Part shown: piece after piece, positions 47,510-47,717 of the stretch
Layout: each line of letters begins with the position of its first letter
Numbering within the stretch: position 1 is the stretch's first letter
NCBI GenBank assembly: GCA_964593535.1
Contig: CAZQHF010000001.1
Location: 33,406-81,122, forward strand
Length of the DNA: 47,717 bases
Origin: an uncultured Candidatus Saccharibacteria bacterium
GTDB lineage: Bacteria; Patescibacteriota; Dojkabacteria; SC72
Direction: 5' to 3'
Position numbers and translations under genes: made by a program
The notes under the pieces: generated by a model
Databases searched by the model: none
What the model saw: only the letters and a program-made list of their open reading frames with translations
What the model was told of the DNA's origin: nothing

Positions 47510-47532
47510 TCCTTTATTTTAATCAAAAATAT

Positions 47533-47541
47533 TGATAGAAT
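47533..47541 (+). promoter_or_regulatory. Candidate extended -10 (TGaTAGAAT) 11 nt before tRNA-Arg
   Basis: atTGATAGAATacgatgtttatG(tRNA). Confidence 0.35.
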
Positions 47542-47552
47542 ACGATGTTTAT

Positions 47553-47629
47553 GTACCCGTAGCTCAATCGGATAGAGCAATTGCCTTCTAAGCAGTAGGT
47601 TGTCGGTTCGATTCCGGCCGGGTACGCCA
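47553..47629 (+). tRNA. tRNA-Arg (anticodon UCU), CCA encoded
   Basis: Hand-folded cloverleaf: acceptor GTACCCG/CGGGTAC, D arm GCTC-AATCGGATA-GAGC, anticodon arm ATTGC-CTTCTAA-GCAGT, T arm GTCGG-TTCGATT-CCGGC, discriminator G, then CCA. 77 nt. Confidence 0.92.
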
Positions 47630-47630
47630 G

Positions 47631-47717
47631 GGAGAGATGCCTGAGCGGTCGAAAGGACACGCTTGGAGAGCGTGCGTATGAGAAATCGTACCGTGGGTTC
47701 GAATCCCACTCTCTCCG
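47631..47717 (+). tRNA. tRNA-Ser (anticodon GGA), class II, ending at the window edge
   Basis: Acceptor GGAGAGA/TCTCTCC, anticodon arm CACGC-TTGGAGA-GCGTG, long variable arm GTATGA-GAAA-TCGTAC, T arm GTGGG-TTCGAAT-CCCAC, discriminator G at 47717. Any CCA would lie outside the window. Confidence 0.9.

Noticed and set aside
47506-47709. A 67-aa minus-strand ORF at the right edge.
   Set aside because: It is entirely explained by the reverse complement of two well-folding tRNA genes.

Overview
This is an AT-rich, tightly packed bacterial chromosome segment made up almost entirely of core housekeeping genes. Read left to right, it contains: a small SprT-like protease, XRE/S24-like regulator and DUF805 trio; groES-groEL; murJ; a ComF-like gene; a Wzy_C-like/TPR membrane protein; the hrcA-grpE-dnaK operon; rplY; a GT2 plus methyltransferase pair; rpoB-rpoC-rpsL-rpsG; ftsK; rodZ; dnaG; two methyltransferases, one of which is rsmA; an envelope cassette (WecA-like transferase, PEGA protein, SDR-like/DUF4012 fusion); rpoD; a PilN/PilO-like pair; metG; valS; RNase J; an FtsA-like ATPase with a large bitopic membrane protein; and tRNA-Arg(UCU) and tRNA-Ser(GGA) at the right edge. 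Two CIRCE operators sit directly behind near-consensus sigma-70 promoters at groES and hrcA. I found no transposase, integrase, CRISPR array, recognisable defence system or toxin-antitoxin pair. The gene content fits a reduced Patescibacteria/CPR-like genome: DUF4012, PEGA, Wzy_C-TPR, short HrcA and ValRS, and charged low-complexity tails. That placement is inference only. The most unusual locus is the 313-bp metG/valS spacer (40020-40332). It holds a self-contained mini-gene with a consensus extended -10, a strong Shine-Dalgarno and an internal near-perfect complement of the 16S 3' tail. This is followed by a 77-nt cloverleaf-like inverted-repeat element carrying two identical 14-bp AT palindromes. 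A second window-wide signal is a TGnTATAAT box placed 5-13 nt before many start codons that have no Shine-Dalgarno, which implies leaderless or near-leaderless mRNAs. I cannot show that any of this is a new biological system. All such ideas are flagged as inference, each with a test.
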